DNA of 64,000 bases from Patescibacteria group bacterium (GCA_023379025.1 JAMCTH010000004.1:19740-83739), one strand, 5' to 3'. Counted from the stretch's first letter, positions 43,368 to 52,976 are shown. Numbers and translations: made by a program. Notes: generated by a model not told the origin, from the letters alone.

Positions 43368-44012
43368 ATGCCCGCGTCAACCATGACCACAGGAAGAGAA
43401 TCCGTACAACCCGGAGAGGAAATCTGGGTGGCTGAGTATCTTCCTCGCGATGAACCGGTCACGAACCAGCCCCCGATGACCTGGATCCTGGAAACCGATG
43501 AACTCGTGCCGTCGGACCTCTTCTCGGATTACCTGCGGGAAGAGGGCGAAGGGAGATTATTTTGGGCTGTGGCACGCACCACACTGCCGGGTTTTTCCGT
43601 GTGGGATACGGAAAAAGAACGCCGCTATGCACGAGGACTCATACAGTGTTTTTCCCGGGAATTTCGCAATGTGGCTACGGGGATCTATATCCTCAACCGG
43701 GTAACGGATCATGTCCGCACGTATTATCCCTATTTGCCTGAGTATCTGATGCTCAACTGGGTCTCGCAGCCGTATTTCAACAAAGACGGACACCGCCGGC
43801 TCGGCTCGGAGCCGGCCCATATCAAAACATATGCCGCCTTTGCCGCGCAACAACAGTCCATGGATGCGCGGAGCAGGTTTATCGGCCTGGGCGACGTACT
43901 TCCCAGAACCTACGCGGCGGCAGACGACGTCAGAGAGGCTGTCGACGCATCCGGAAAACCCCGGGAAAACCGGTTCTTCCGCCTCGTACGGTCTTCCGAA
44001 GCAATGCAATAA
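43368..44012 (+). CDS. Hypothetical protein, paralog 2 of a tandem pair
   Basis: See paralog 1. Confidence 0.45.
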   Translation: MPASTMTTGRESVQPGEEIWVAEYLPRDEPVTNQPPMTWILETDELVPSDLFSDYLREEGEGRLFWAVARTTLPGFSVWDTEKERRYARGLIQCFSREFRNVATGIYILNRVTDHVRTYYPYLPEYLMLNWVSQPYFNKDGHRRLGSEPAHIKTYAAFAAQQQSMDARSRFIGLGDVLPRTYAAADDVREAVDASGKPRENRFFRLVRSSEAMQ

Positions 44013-44093
44013 CGGTAACCAAGCCATCCGTCCAGTTCCAACGGCCTGGCCTCATCTTGACAAACACCTCACCCCCACAGTACAGTACCCTCG

Positions 44094-44408
44094 ATGGATG
44101 AAACGGAAGAAACCCTGCATTACGACGAATACGGTTCTCTCTTTGGAGACATTACGGAGTGGATCACCCATGAATTGGCCGAAGGCGCCGTCTCCTTTGC
44201 CGAGCTTGTGGGATCAATAGAACTGGCGAAGTATGCGGCCCCCCACACAGCGCTTCCCCCGGTGGAACTGGACGCCATTATGGGAAGAATCATCCTCAAC
44301 GCGGCGCAAACCGCTTTTTCGGAAGGAAACACTCCGCGGGGCGACGCACTCCTTCATGAATGGCTCATGACCTACAGCGGAAGCTCAGTGCTCCCGCACG
44401 CGGAATAG
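44094..44408 (+). CDS. Hypothetical small acidic protein
   Basis: ORF only. Confidence 0.3.
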   Translation: MDETEETLHYDEYGSLFGDITEWITHELAEGAVSFAELVGSIELAKYAAPHTALPPVELDAIMGRIILNAAQTAFSEGNTPRGDALLHEWLMTYSGSSVLPHAE

Positions 44409-44978
44409 CTCCCCTTTTCTCCGTATGCGGGACGTTCCCGTACCGAGGAGTATGTCAGACACGCGAAAACCACCCGCACGATATCCACGTGTTGCCTATT
44501 TTTCCCTTTCCAGATAATGAGAGGCATTTATCGCCACACCCTCATAACAGGCCGAACCCATCTCCTGATCACAGCGACCGGAACCCATGGCCTTAACAAC
44601 CGGCACTCCGTCTCTGGTCTGTATGCCGTTAATCACATTCATCGCTTTCCAGCGGCAAAATCCGTCCTCCCCCCACACGCAGCCGGAGAGATTGAAAAAA
44701 TATTGAAAATCTTCCAGCCCCGTCAGATCATCTTCTGTAATACGTTGTTGATCCAAAAAATACTCCGCCATGATACGTCACTATACGCATAAGCGGTTTG
44801 AAATGCAATAACCGGTTTTCTCTTCTCTCTATACAATAACCATCAAACCATATCAAATAAACTGCATACTTTTGATGCATCTTGACAACATATGACCAGA
44901 GATGATACGTTGTGATAAATAATGATTTACTCGCCCGCCCGGAGAATAGGTATTCGTCTTCGTCTTCTTTTTCGTTTT

Positions 44979-45008
44979 GCGAACTAACGAAGCAACGAAC
45001 TCACGAAT
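44979..45008. promoter_or_regulatory. CGAACTAA-like motif site upstream of the Xis-like HTH gene
   Basis: gcgaactaacgaagcaacgaactcacgaataa, located 15 nt before the ATG at 45023. Confidence 0.35.
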
Positions 45009-45022
45009 AACTATATAGAACT

Positions 45023-45223
45023 ATGGCTCTCGGAGATAACTGGCCTGACCTTTTGACGGTCCGCGAAGTAGCAAAAATTTTACGTGTTTCCCCGCTCACC
45101 ATCAAACGCTGGGGTAAACGCGGCAAGCTCCCGGCAATCCGCATCAACTCAAGGGGAGACCGCCGCTACAAAAAAGAAGCGGTCATGTGGTTATTAGGTC
45201 TTCAGCAGAAAAGCGCACTCTAA
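45023..45223 (+). CDS. Excisionase/MerR-family HTH DNA-binding protein
   Basis: LLTVREVAKILRVSPLTIKRWGKRGKLPAIRINSRGDRRYKKEAV is the HTH_17/Xis-like signature. Confidence 0.65.
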   Translation: MALGDNWPDLLTVREVAKILRVSPLTIKRWGKRGKLPAIRINSRGDRRYKKEAVMWLLGLQQKSAL

Positions 45224-45283
45224 AACGTTATTTCGCAAGAAAGGTTACTTCGTTATTTCGAAAACACGGATAAGAGCGGTCCA

Positions 45284-45649
45284 TTACGGAGACGCAACGT
45301 TGCGCTTCAAAGAAGTGATCATTCGAGCAAGGTGATTTATCCGATCATACAACTCGATATATTGTTGATCAGTAAGCAGCTGTTGTTTCCGAGCAATCAT
45401 TACAATAGGTATACATTCGTAACACGAACCCCGGGCTATCGTGAGAAAATGACGGAAATCACGGGTGGTTCTACTTGAACCTTCAGCAATATTCAACGCT
45501 ATTGATAGAGCTGCTCGCTGGAACTGATCCGCAAGACTGTATTTAAACATTCCCACCCATGATTTTGTCACGGTAAATACATCACTTGATAATGAAATTG
45601 CCTCCTGATATACATGAAGGTCTTCAAATTTGAACCGTACCACGTTCAT
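45284..45649 (-). CDS. Four-helix-bundle protein (23S rRNA intervening-sequence protein family)
   Basis: FEDLHVYQEAISLSSDVF ... ALSIALNIAEGSSR...RDFRHFLTIARGSCYEC matches this family's signature. Confidence 0.65.
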   Translation of the reverse strand: MNVVRFKFEDLHVYQEAISLSSDVFTVTKSWVGMFKYSLADQFQRAALSIALNIAEGSSRTTRDFRHFLTIARGSCYECIPIVMIARKQQLLTDQQYIELYDRINHLARMITSLKRNVASP

Positions 45650-45657
45650 GCGAATAT

Positions 45658-45677
45658 CGAACTAACGAACTAACGAA
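45658..45677. promoter_or_regulatory. CGAACTAA direct-repeat motif site (cgaactaacgaactaacgaa)
   Basis: Perfect tandem of the 8-nt unit, between galT and the four-helix-bundle gene. Confidence 0.4.
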
Positions 45678-46527
45678 AAATTATCTCCTTCAGCTTCTCC
45701 GCGGCTTCTGTAGGGTCGAAGATGTTGACATTGAGGCCTGTCCCGAGTTCAAAGCCCGCGCGGTGGATAAACCGGGGGATGATGCGGATATACCAGTTGG
45801 CCCCGTGATAGATATAGAAGTTATACCCGAAGGGGTTTGTGTTGTGGATCTCGGAGAGCGTAGGGTCATGATAGACCGCTTCAATGCGCTGGAGCGCCCG
45901 CTTGAGGACGCCGGCCAGATCAGGAATTTCGCTGTCCGTCGTATCCCCGAACTTCGTACCGATGCCTTTAGGCGCGATCCAGATCTCAAACGGCCATTGG
46001 GAAAAATCCGGGCAGTAGGTGAGGAAGTGATGGTTTTCGTCAACGACATTCCCTACCGGTTCACGGGCAAGGGTATCGAGATTTATCTGGCGGGGCACCA
46101 CCACAAGCTGCGCGTGCGGGTGCTTGAGACTGGCTCCGGCGTGCAGGCCGTGGTTGCAGAAAATAAGCACCTGCCCGTCGTTTTCGTGCGCGCGGTACCG
46201 GTCGCGGTAACAGGACAAAATGCGTGTCACCTGATCCAGAGGCAGCGTCTCGATATCGTCGGTGTCGCTCGGGCTGTGAATAATCACTTCGTGGGTATCG
46301 GTAATCGGGTATTTATTCGGCACCACGCGTACCTGCCACCCCTCCCCGTCTTTTGTCCCTGGCCCGATCCGGTAGACTTCCGGCGGGGTAAGCGCCTCAT
46401 TTCCCGGACAAAACGGACAAACCGGCGGTTTTACCTCCTTTTTCTCCTCATCCATGGGGCGGGTAGCGCGTTTCGGAGCTATGACGACCCAGCGCTGCGT
46501 TTTGACATCGGGAACGTATTTGGCCAT
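45670..46527 (-). CDS. galT: Galactose-1-phosphate uridylyltransferase (HIT-family GalT)
   Basis: CPFCPGNE zinc motif, and HPHAQLVVVP as the H-x-H-x-Q active site. Confidence 0.75.
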   Translation of the reverse strand: MAKYVPDVKTQRWVVIAPKRATRPMDEEKKEVKPPVCPFCPGNEALTPPEVYRIGPGTKDGEGWQVRVVPNKYPITDTHEVIIHSPSDTDDIETLPLDQVTRILSCYRDRYRAHENDGQVLIFCNHGLHAGASLKHPHAQLVVVPRQINLDTLAREPVGNVVDENHHFLTYCPDFSQWPFEIWIAPKGIGTKFGDTTDSEIPDLAGVLKRALQRIEAVYHDPTLSEIHNTNPFGYNFYIYHGANWYIRIIPRFIHRAGFELGTGLNVNIFDPTEAAEKLKEIIFR

Positions 46528-46539
46528 CTCACGTTTATC

Positions 46540-47589
46540 CTACGTGAACAGCCGCAAAAGTTCAATCACCTTTTGTCGTACTGCCTCCGTTATCACGACC
46601 TCCACCATGCCCTCGCCGGGTTGGCCGTAATAGACATGTGCGCCGTGAGGCGCGTACCGTATTGCACAAAGTGCCAAAAGATCTTCCTCTCCATCTACCT
46701 CTATCACGACCCCCCTCTTCCTCTCTTCCCCTCTTCCCCGCTGTACCGCATTTTTAACTGCCACGGTGGCTTCTGCACTTATAAACCCCGGGCCGCTCTT
46801 TACTCTAATACTATGTAGTATTAGAGTATTGAACAGGGATCGGAGCGGCGCGTACTCTTTCCTTCCGACGCGATGATCAATGATCATAATGTCAGGAGTG
46901 ACGCCTGATTTGAGAAACCGCTCGGTCGTCACGTCGCCGACGGTAATCAGTGGGCGTTTTTGATGGGAAAGAATAGTATTAAAATCCTTTTCCGACAGTA
47001 TTTTCCCCAGTGGTTGAGATAAGATTGTGCGCAGGCTTTCCGGCATGATCAACCTGCCATTGCTATCAATTTCACGATTGCGAATCCGTGAAGACGAAAT
47101 AGGATTGCCGTCATGTGCATCAACCAACGGCACTTCGATAAGAACTAATTGCGCAAGTCCTCGGGATTTCCGAATCTCATTTATCTCCATCCCCCGTTTC
47201 TTGGTTTCCGTCGAGACCACAAGCGCATCGATATCAGTCCGTGACGATCCCGGCTCATACGGATCATCAATAGGATGGACTGTGGCTCGATTGATATAGC
47301 GGTTTTGTTTCAACCATCGTTCTAGTTCTGATTTTCGCTCACGATACGATTGCAACTCGTAATCTGAAAAGGTGAGACCCTTTGAGGCTAAATGGGAATT
47401 TTGGAACTGGTTTGAGATTTGGTCATTGGGATTTGGGATTTGGGATTTATATTTAGTAATGAATCTGTCGCTCGTCAACCCGATCGTCACCTGCTCGCCC
47501 ACCGCGAACGCTTTCCGGAGGATCGCCTCATGACCGCGGTGCAGCCGGTCAAACGTCCCCCCGACCAATACATGCGGATACTTCTTCAT
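46540..47589 (-). CDS. Archaeal-type phosphopantetheine adenylyltransferase-like domain fused to a DUF359-like domain (putative GTP-dependent dephospho-CoA kinase)
   Basis: N-terminal VLVGGTFDRLHRGH...GLTSDRF is a cytidylyltransferase/PPAT signature. C-terminal PLITVGDVTTE resembles the DUF359 GDV motif. The ~37-nt shared insert at 47411-47447 adds IPNPNDQIS in-frame. Confidence 0.5.
   Translation of the reverse strand: MKKYPHVLVGGTFDRLHRGHEAILRKAFAVGEQVTIGLTSDRFITKYKSQIPNPNDQISNQFQNSHLASKGLTFSDYELQSYRERKSELERWLKQNRYINRATVHPIDDPYEPGSSRTDIDALVVSTETKKRGMEINEIRKSRGLAQLVLIEVPLVDAHDGNPISSSRIRNREIDSNGRLIMPESLRTILSQPLGKILSEKDFNTILSHQKRPLITVGDVTTERFLKSGVTPDIMIIDHRVGRKEYAPLRSLFNTLILHSIRVKSGPGFISAEATVAVKNAVQRGRGEERKRGVVIEVDGEEDLLALCAIRYAPHGAHVYYGQPGEGMVEVVITEAVRQKVIELLRLFT
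47411..47447. repeat. ~37-nt shared element copy 1 (tttgagatttggtcattgggatttgggattt), in-frame in the PPAT/DUF359 gene
   Basis: A 19-nt identical core plus a similar tail, matching 63878-63914. Encodes IPNPNDQIS on the minus strand. Confidence 0.6.
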
Positions 47590-47784
47590 GGCTCTATCCT
47601 ACACAGAGCGACGCTATTAGTAAACCGGATCTCATATGCGTCCCAAAAATTCTCCTCCATTACCTGTCCCTTTTTCATGAAGTTTAGTGTAAATGAATCG
47701 ATTCATTTACACTAACTATACGTGCGGAGCGTGGGGGCGCAATGTTTAAAAAAGGATTGGGTTAAAAAAAGTGGTTGAGAAACT

Positions 47785-48711
47785 TTATCCCACCACCGTC
47801 TGCCAGTCGGCCCAGAATTTAGCTACACCGGCCGTGGTCAGATCGTGGCTCGTGTCGTACTCGTGCCAGTCGAGGTCAAGCGTCATTTCTTCATAGGCAA
47901 TATCCGTGAGACCCGGTACATCGTAGATAAAATCAGCTGCCGGAAGTATGAAGGGCTCTCGCCCTGAATCTTTCGGAGGAACTGCCCATTCCTTAAATAC
48001 CGTAAACGGGATCGTAATGACATCGCTTTTGAGAAATAGCGCATAGAGGATATGTCTGACAGTGCGCACGCTTGCAGTCAGCACCCGCACATGCCCGTCT
48101 CCGAGCTTCCGGTACATCGCAAGGATGTTGGCGACCACATCCATGCCGTTTTCTCCCCGGTCATCGAGCCTGCCGACAAACGGCGACACGAATACATCAT
48201 ACGGTTTACCATCCGGGGATCTTCCGTGCCCGGCTGTCGCGCTATAAACGGCTGCGGCCTGTGCCTGGGAAAAGGCAAGCGTCATATTGACCGGTCCCTC
48301 TTCACAAAACTCCGAAGCTGCCGTAAGCCCCGCCGCGGTACAGGGAAACTTGATGACGCCATTGGGGATCCAGCTGATCCGCTCGCGGGCTTCCGAAAGC
48401 ATCTCTTTGGCCGTCATGTCCGGGCCGCCCGTCACTTGGATGGATATGGGGCCGGTCGTCACCCGTGCCATCTCCCGGACCGTCTCCCGGTAAAACGATA
48501 CCGCATGTGCCGTCGTCACTTTTCCCCCGGCTCCTTCGCCGTGATGCACGGCAACCGAACGCTCGGCGATGAGGCTCGGATTGGTGGTCTGGCCGTCCAA
48601 ACCGTGGTATCCTGCTTTTTTGAGTAATTTGTCGGCCTGCCTGGTCTCTTCCGGGTCGCCGCCGTCGAGGAATAATTTGGAGGGAAATTGCATATAGGCT
48701 CTTTCCATCAT
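47785..48711 (-). CDS. tal: Transaldolase / fructose-6-phosphate aldolase family
   Basis: KLFLDGGDPEE ... LDGQTTNPSLIA is the family's signature. Start may be at MQFPSKL (48693). Confidence 0.8.
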   Translation of the reverse strand: MMERAYMQFPSKLFLDGGDPEETRQADKLLKKAGYHGLDGQTTNPSLIAERSVAVHHGEGAGGKVTTAHAVSFYRETVREMARVTTGPISIQVTGGPDMTAKEMLSEARERISWIPNGVIKFPCTAAGLTAASEFCEEGPVNMTLAFSQAQAAAVYSATAGHGRSPDGKPYDVFVSPFVGRLDDRGENGMDVVANILAMYRKLGDGHVRVLTASVRTVRHILYALFLKSDVITIPFTVFKEWAVPPKDSGREPFILPAADFIYDVPGLTDIAYEEMTLDLDWHEYDTSHDLTTAGVAKFWADWQTVVG

Positions 48712-48716
48712 ACCGC

Positions 48717-49100
48717 ATGAAAACCCGGATTACAAAAAACGGAAAAAACGCTATACTCACCTTAATCGGTATGAACGAAAACGGGCTCCTTCTCGGGACG
48801 GTGGTACTTTCTGAATTTGACGCGTTGAAGGTTCTTGCAGATCTCGATCCTTCGGTTCTCCACACGCATACTCTCCCAGAACAAACGTTCAGGTGGGTAC
48901 CTCCGGAGGGTACAAGTGTCGAAACCATTGCCGGCAGCCTGTATGAATTCTTGGGAACCGAGCGTGATCTCGACGCGCTTTCACAGGAATTAGCATTACA
49001 CGGACTCCCGCCGCTTGCGCTTTCGGATGAAAACGTGATGCCGGGAGATATACCTGAAGGGTGGAGCGGGCTCGGCGGGAACCGGTTCGACTGGAACTGA
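48717..49100 (+). CDS. Hypothetical protein
   Basis: ORF only. Confidence 0.3.
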   Translation: MKTRITKNGKNAILTLIGMNENGLLLGTVVLSEFDALKVLADLDPSVLHTHTLPEQTFRWVPPEGTSVETIAGSLYEFLGTERDLDALSQELALHGLPPLALSDENVMPGDIPEGWSGLGGNRFDWN

Positions 49101-49114
49101 CCGAACCCACCGCG

Positions 49115-49615
49115 CTACTCAGAAGACGCGCCCGGTGACGGCACCAGAAGTGCGGTCAACTGAACATAATCAGCATCAGAAACTTCCCCCTGAATGACGT
49201 AGTCGACAATTGGTCTTGCTTCCGGTTGTTCCGCTCCGGTTAAGGTTTGGAGAATACTATGAGCAACTTTATCATCTGCATCTACCCTGTCCGTTGCCAA
49301 TATGACCGTCATGGTCGGCTCCTGATGCCGGAGACGCGTTAATGCATCGAGTGTTTGGGTAGTCAGCGGGAGATCGGCAACAACCGCAAAATACCCTGAG
49401 TGAGAGAGATCCAGCATGTACCACCAGGCGCCTTGAGAAGCATCATAATGATAGGCATAATCGTAACCAACAGTATTCCAGACACAACACATAAGTTGAC
49501 CTAAACGGCTCCCCGGCAGGTGTTCGTCAAATGTTCCGACAAGGGCAACCTTATGTTCTTGAAAAGGCATATCGATCCTCTGCCGGATTGTAATCAAACG
49601 CTCTACCAGTGTCAA
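49115..49615 (-). CDS. Hypothetical protein
   Basis: ORF only. Confidence 0.35.
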   Translation of the reverse strand: MTLVERLITIRQRIDMPFQEHKVALVGTFDEHLPGSRLGQLMCCVWNTVGYDYAYHYDASQGAWWYMLDLSHSGYFAVVADLPLTTQTLDALTRLRHQEPTMTVILATDRVDADDKVAHSILQTLTGAEQPEARPIVDYVIQGEVSDADYVQLTALLVPSPGASSE

Positions 49616-49703
49616 TTAGCGCCGTTCTGACGCCACCTCCCGCGGATATTTTGTTTCTTCCGGATTACCTGTTACAGTATGCCTATCCTGTTCGTTATCT
49701 CTT

Positions 49704-50249
49704 ATGAAGGCTTTGCATATCGACCGCGCTGACATCACCGCCGCAAAAGAGGGCGATAGCGACGCGTTCGGCAGGATCTATGATGCATACCTGGATCGGC
49801 TGTACCGGTTTGTCTATTACCGGGTATCCGACCGGGCAACGGCAGAAGACCTGACCGAAGACATTTTTGTCAAAGCGTTTGAAACGTTGCCCGGGTACCA
49901 TGATATCGGCCTGCCGTTTGAGGCGTGGCTCTTTCGTGTGGCCAGAAACCACGTGATCGACTATTACCGGACGAAAAAGGATCACACGGGTCTGGAGGAA
50001 GCACTGGATGTCCCCTCCGGGACGCCGACACCGCTTGAGGAGGCCGAACGTACGCTGAACGGGGAAATACTCCGGCAGGCCATGGCAAAACTCCGCAACA
50101 GCTACCGGGAGGTACTCATTATGAAATATATGGAAGACCGTGACACATGCGACATAAGTCATATGCTCAAAAAACCCGAAGCGCACGTACGGGTGCTGGT
50201 AAGCCGTGCCGTTGCCGCGCTTCGCGCCATACTCTATGAAACACGATGA
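49704..50249 (+). CDS. ECF-type sigma-70 family RNA polymerase sigma factor
   Basis: Region 2 (YDAYLDRLYRFVYYRV...EDLTEDIFVKAF) and region 4 (YREVLIMKYMEDRDTCDISHML...RVLVSRAVAALR). Confidence 0.85.
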   Translation: MKALHIDRADITAAKEGDSDAFGRIYDAYLDRLYRFVYYRVSDRATAEDLTEDIFVKAFETLPGYHDIGLPFEAWLFRVARNHVIDYYRTKKDHTGLEEALDVPSGTPTPLEEAERTLNGEILRQAMAKLRNSYREVLIMKYMEDRDTCDISHMLKKPEAHVRVLVSRAVAALRAILYETR

Positions 50250-51099
50250 TGATAGTCTGATATCGTTGTTTGCCCGGCTCCGCGACGATCCGGCGGCTAT
50301 ACCTACGGATTCCTTCCGTACCAATGCCAGGATCCGGGTGCTGAACCGCATCCGGCCGACTCCTGCCGCCGCACGGCACATCCGAATGCCCAAGAAGGTG
50401 TGGCAAATTCTGACCGGCGCTGTCGCCGTGCCGGCACTCTTAGGCGCCGGCATCGTTCTTGCCGCCCAGTCGAGCGGTCCGGCAAATCCGCTTTACCCCG
50501 TCAAAATCGCAAGCGAACGGGCAGCGCTTGCCGCGGCCCCTGGCGGCGCCCTCAAAACATCCATTGCCGTCGGTATCCTGAAACGCCGGGCAGACGAGCT
50601 CACCGCTGCCACGAAAACGGCAAACACGAAACGCGAAGAGGATGCGCGCTCTGCCGCGACAGAAAGCCTCCGGTCTATCCGGGACACGAAACAGGTATCG
50701 GAAACTGCGGTCAATACGCTCATCCGGGAAGAACCGATACTCCGAAAAGCATTCGGCGGATCTGCCCCGTCGGGAGAGGACACGCCTCGGACGCCGACGG
50801 AAACGCCGTCATCCGGCCAAGGAGAAGGTACTCACTCCCGACCGGGTACGCACACGGAACGGCAAAGCGGAAGCGAAGGATCCCTGCCGTCTACCCCGGA
50901 ACCCTCCATCACTCCCGAGTCCGCCGGAGCAAGCGGTGAATCCATGCTGAAGAGCGAGGTAAAAGGTGTCGAAACGACGCTCTCCCCCGCCGGGCCAGCT
51001 TCCCGGGAAAGCGGCTCTTCCGACAACCAACGATCCTACAGTCATGACGCTACACCGGCCCCCACTATCTCCGCCTTCCCCGCCGGAGAAAAAGAGTAA
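50236..51099 (+). CDS. Putative anti-sigma factor / membrane protein
   Basis: Overlaps the sigma gene's end. One TM helix (VWQILTGAVAVPALLGAGIVLAA), then an extracytoplasmic Ser/Thr/Pro-rich region. Confidence 0.5.
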   Translation: MKHDDDSLISLFARLRDDPAAIPTDSFRTNARIRVLNRIRPTPAAARHIRMPKKVWQILTGAVAVPALLGAGIVLAAQSSGPANPLYPVKIASERAALAAAPGGALKTSIAVGILKRRADELTAATKTANTKREEDARSAATESLRSIRDTKQVSETAVNTLIREEPILRKAFGGSAPSGEDTPRTPTETPSSGQGEGTHSRPGTHTERQSGSEGSLPSTPEPSITPESAGASGESMLKSEVKGVETTLSPAGPASRESGSSDNQRSYSHDATPAPTISAFPAGEKE

Positions 51100-51184
51100 T
51101 CCCGCCGATTCCGTCCGCCCCATCCCGATACTGTTACGTTTTCCGGATATGATCGTTTCTTTCACTAGAGAAGGAGGTGATTCT

Positions 51185-51619
51185 ATGCAGGCACTTTTAG
51201 GGGTTTTACTCACACTCGCATTAAGTATCGGCGCAGTCAGGTTGATGGCCGATGATGTTTCCAATGGCCATGCCGGGGCAACGCCCAGGGTACTCGTCAG
51301 TGCTGACACAACCGGCGCGACAGGCACAAGCGGTCCTACAGGTGCGACTGGAACATCCGGTGCATCCGGACCTACCGGAGCAACCGGCATCCTTTCCGTC
51401 TCGGGCCCGACCGGCATCATCCTTCCGGCAGGCCGGGAAGACGCCGGAAGCCGTGAGGACGACCACGGAGAAAACGAACGCGAAGCACACGCGTCCGTTC
51501 ATGCGGCATTCGGGCTTTCGGTCGCGGGATCAAACGAAACCCGGGAAGACGCGCATGAAAGCGCTCATTCGTCAGCGCAGAGCCAACTGACGGTCACGGC
51601 AGGCGGAGAAAACGAGTAG
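51185..51619 (+). CDS. Secreted protein with Gly-x-Thr (collagen-like) repeats
   Basis: Strong SD (gaaggaggtgattctATG). Signal peptide MQALLGVLLTLALSIGAV. Repeat block GATGTSGPTGATGTSGASGPTGATG. Confidence 0.55.
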   Translation: MQALLGVLLTLALSIGAVRLMADDVSNGHAGATPRVLVSADTTGATGTSGPTGATGTSGASGPTGATGILSVSGPTGIILPAGREDAGSREDDHGENEREAHASVHAAFGLSVAGSNETREDAHESAHSSAQSQLTVTAGGENE

Positions 51620-51908
51620 TATGAATGATCAACGATCATGGTCCGAAAAAACCCGGGGAGAGAAGAAGGCAGGAAAGCGGCCGGGAGGCCGCTTTCCTGC
51701 GGATGACCCGGAAAGCCCGAAACCGCTGCTCGGCATGCTCCGGGAGCTCTATATCCTTTTCTTTTCCGATCCGGATGAACGTGCCCCGAATGATGATGGT
51801 TTTGCTCATCTCAAACGGGAATGGAAGAATTGAATATCTATCTTTCCCGCGTCTATCGCACTGATACTACCTTGATATCCGATGCCCATACTGTGTGATT
51901 TGTGTATA

Positions 51909-51950
51909 TATCCAACAAATAAGCGCGACCGCGCTAACTCGTTGAAGCTA
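51909..51950 (+). promoter_or_regulatory. 42-nt conserved motif copy C
   Basis: ATCCAACAAataAGCGCGACCGCGCTaactcgTTGAAGCTA. The central stem shows compensatory changes (AGCGCG/CGCGCT). Confidence 0.45.
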
Positions 51951-52118
51951 AAAAACCCGGAGCCGGGTCAGACGACCATGCAAATGGCAGGGAAATATAT
52001 GGTCTGTAGATATATCGTACGCCGGTGCCGCAAACACATATGTGAATATTAAGACATACATGAGTGCCCGACAGTCATTCCGAACCGGAACATGAAAGAG
52101 GTAGCTTGGAGTCCTCTA

Positions 52119-52778
52119 TCACTTTTTAAGGGTGGCAATCGCGTGTCCCACGGCGTCCGGAGTAAGGGTTTTGAATATATATGACGTTACGACCGCGCGC
52201 GTTGCTCCCGCTTCCGCGATCACGCGGATGGTCTTCTCATTTATGCCTTCATCAACTTCAATCGGCAGATCCGCAAAGTGATTTCTGATCGAACGCACCT
52301 TCTCCACATTCTCCGCCTGAAGGGTAAGGCCCGACGCACCGGCTTCTGCCATCATGACGAGCACTACATCGATCTCTTCAAAAAACGGCTCGATCACCTC
52401 CAGTTCCGTCGGCCCGTCGATGGCAAGTCCGGTCTCGACGCTCTCATACTGGGTCTGCTCAAGGAACAGCCGCGGGTCGTTTGCCTCAATGTGTCCGATG
52501 ATGCGCTTGAACCCGGCTTCTGCAAGCGGGCGGATGTACTTTTCGGGATTCCCGACCATAAGGTGCGCTTCAAAACCCACCTTTTTCCCGCCTGTCTCAA
52601 GCTCTTTGATGATCGGCGCAAACTTGGGAATATCGAGAAATGTAACCGGCGGCACAAGCGTGCCGTCTGCCATATCAATCTGCACCCACTCAACGTGGGG
52701 CGCCACGAGCCGGATTTTTGTCTCAATGTCCGGCCATGTTTTTTCGGACATCCCGATGCCGGGTATGATATCTACCAT
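52119..52778 (-). CDS. rpe: Ribulose-phosphate 3-epimerase
   Basis: VQIDMADGTLVPPVTF ... EAHLMVGNPEKYI is the Rpe signature. Confidence 0.8.
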   Translation of the reverse strand: MVDIIPGIGMSEKTWPDIETKIRLVAPHVEWVQIDMADGTLVPPVTFLDIPKFAPIIKELETGGKKVGFEAHLMVGNPEKYIRPLAEAGFKRIIGHIEANDPRLFLEQTQYESVETGLAIDGPTELEVIEPFFEEIDVVLVMMAEAGASGLTLQAENVEKVRSIRNHFADLPIEVDEGINEKTIRVIAEAGATRAVVTSYIFKTLTPDAVGHAIATLKK

Positions 52779-52976
52779 ATATATAAAAGGAAGCTAGAAG
52801 TTATCTCAAATCTCGAAAAGATATTGTTCGAACGCACGTGAGAACTTCTCGCTACGCTCGAAGAATAGGTTTGGAGATGGCTTCTAGTTTGTTAGTTCGC
52901 AAAACGCGTTACTTGGACGGCACGACTTACGCGCATTGCAAGTCACGTTTGTTGCGAATAACCTTTCCCCCTCTTC

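Noticed and set aside
45763-46818. 351-aa plus-strand ORF.
   Set aside because: It is antisense to galT and the start of the PPAT-fusion gene. No motifs; it is a reverse-strand shadow ORF.
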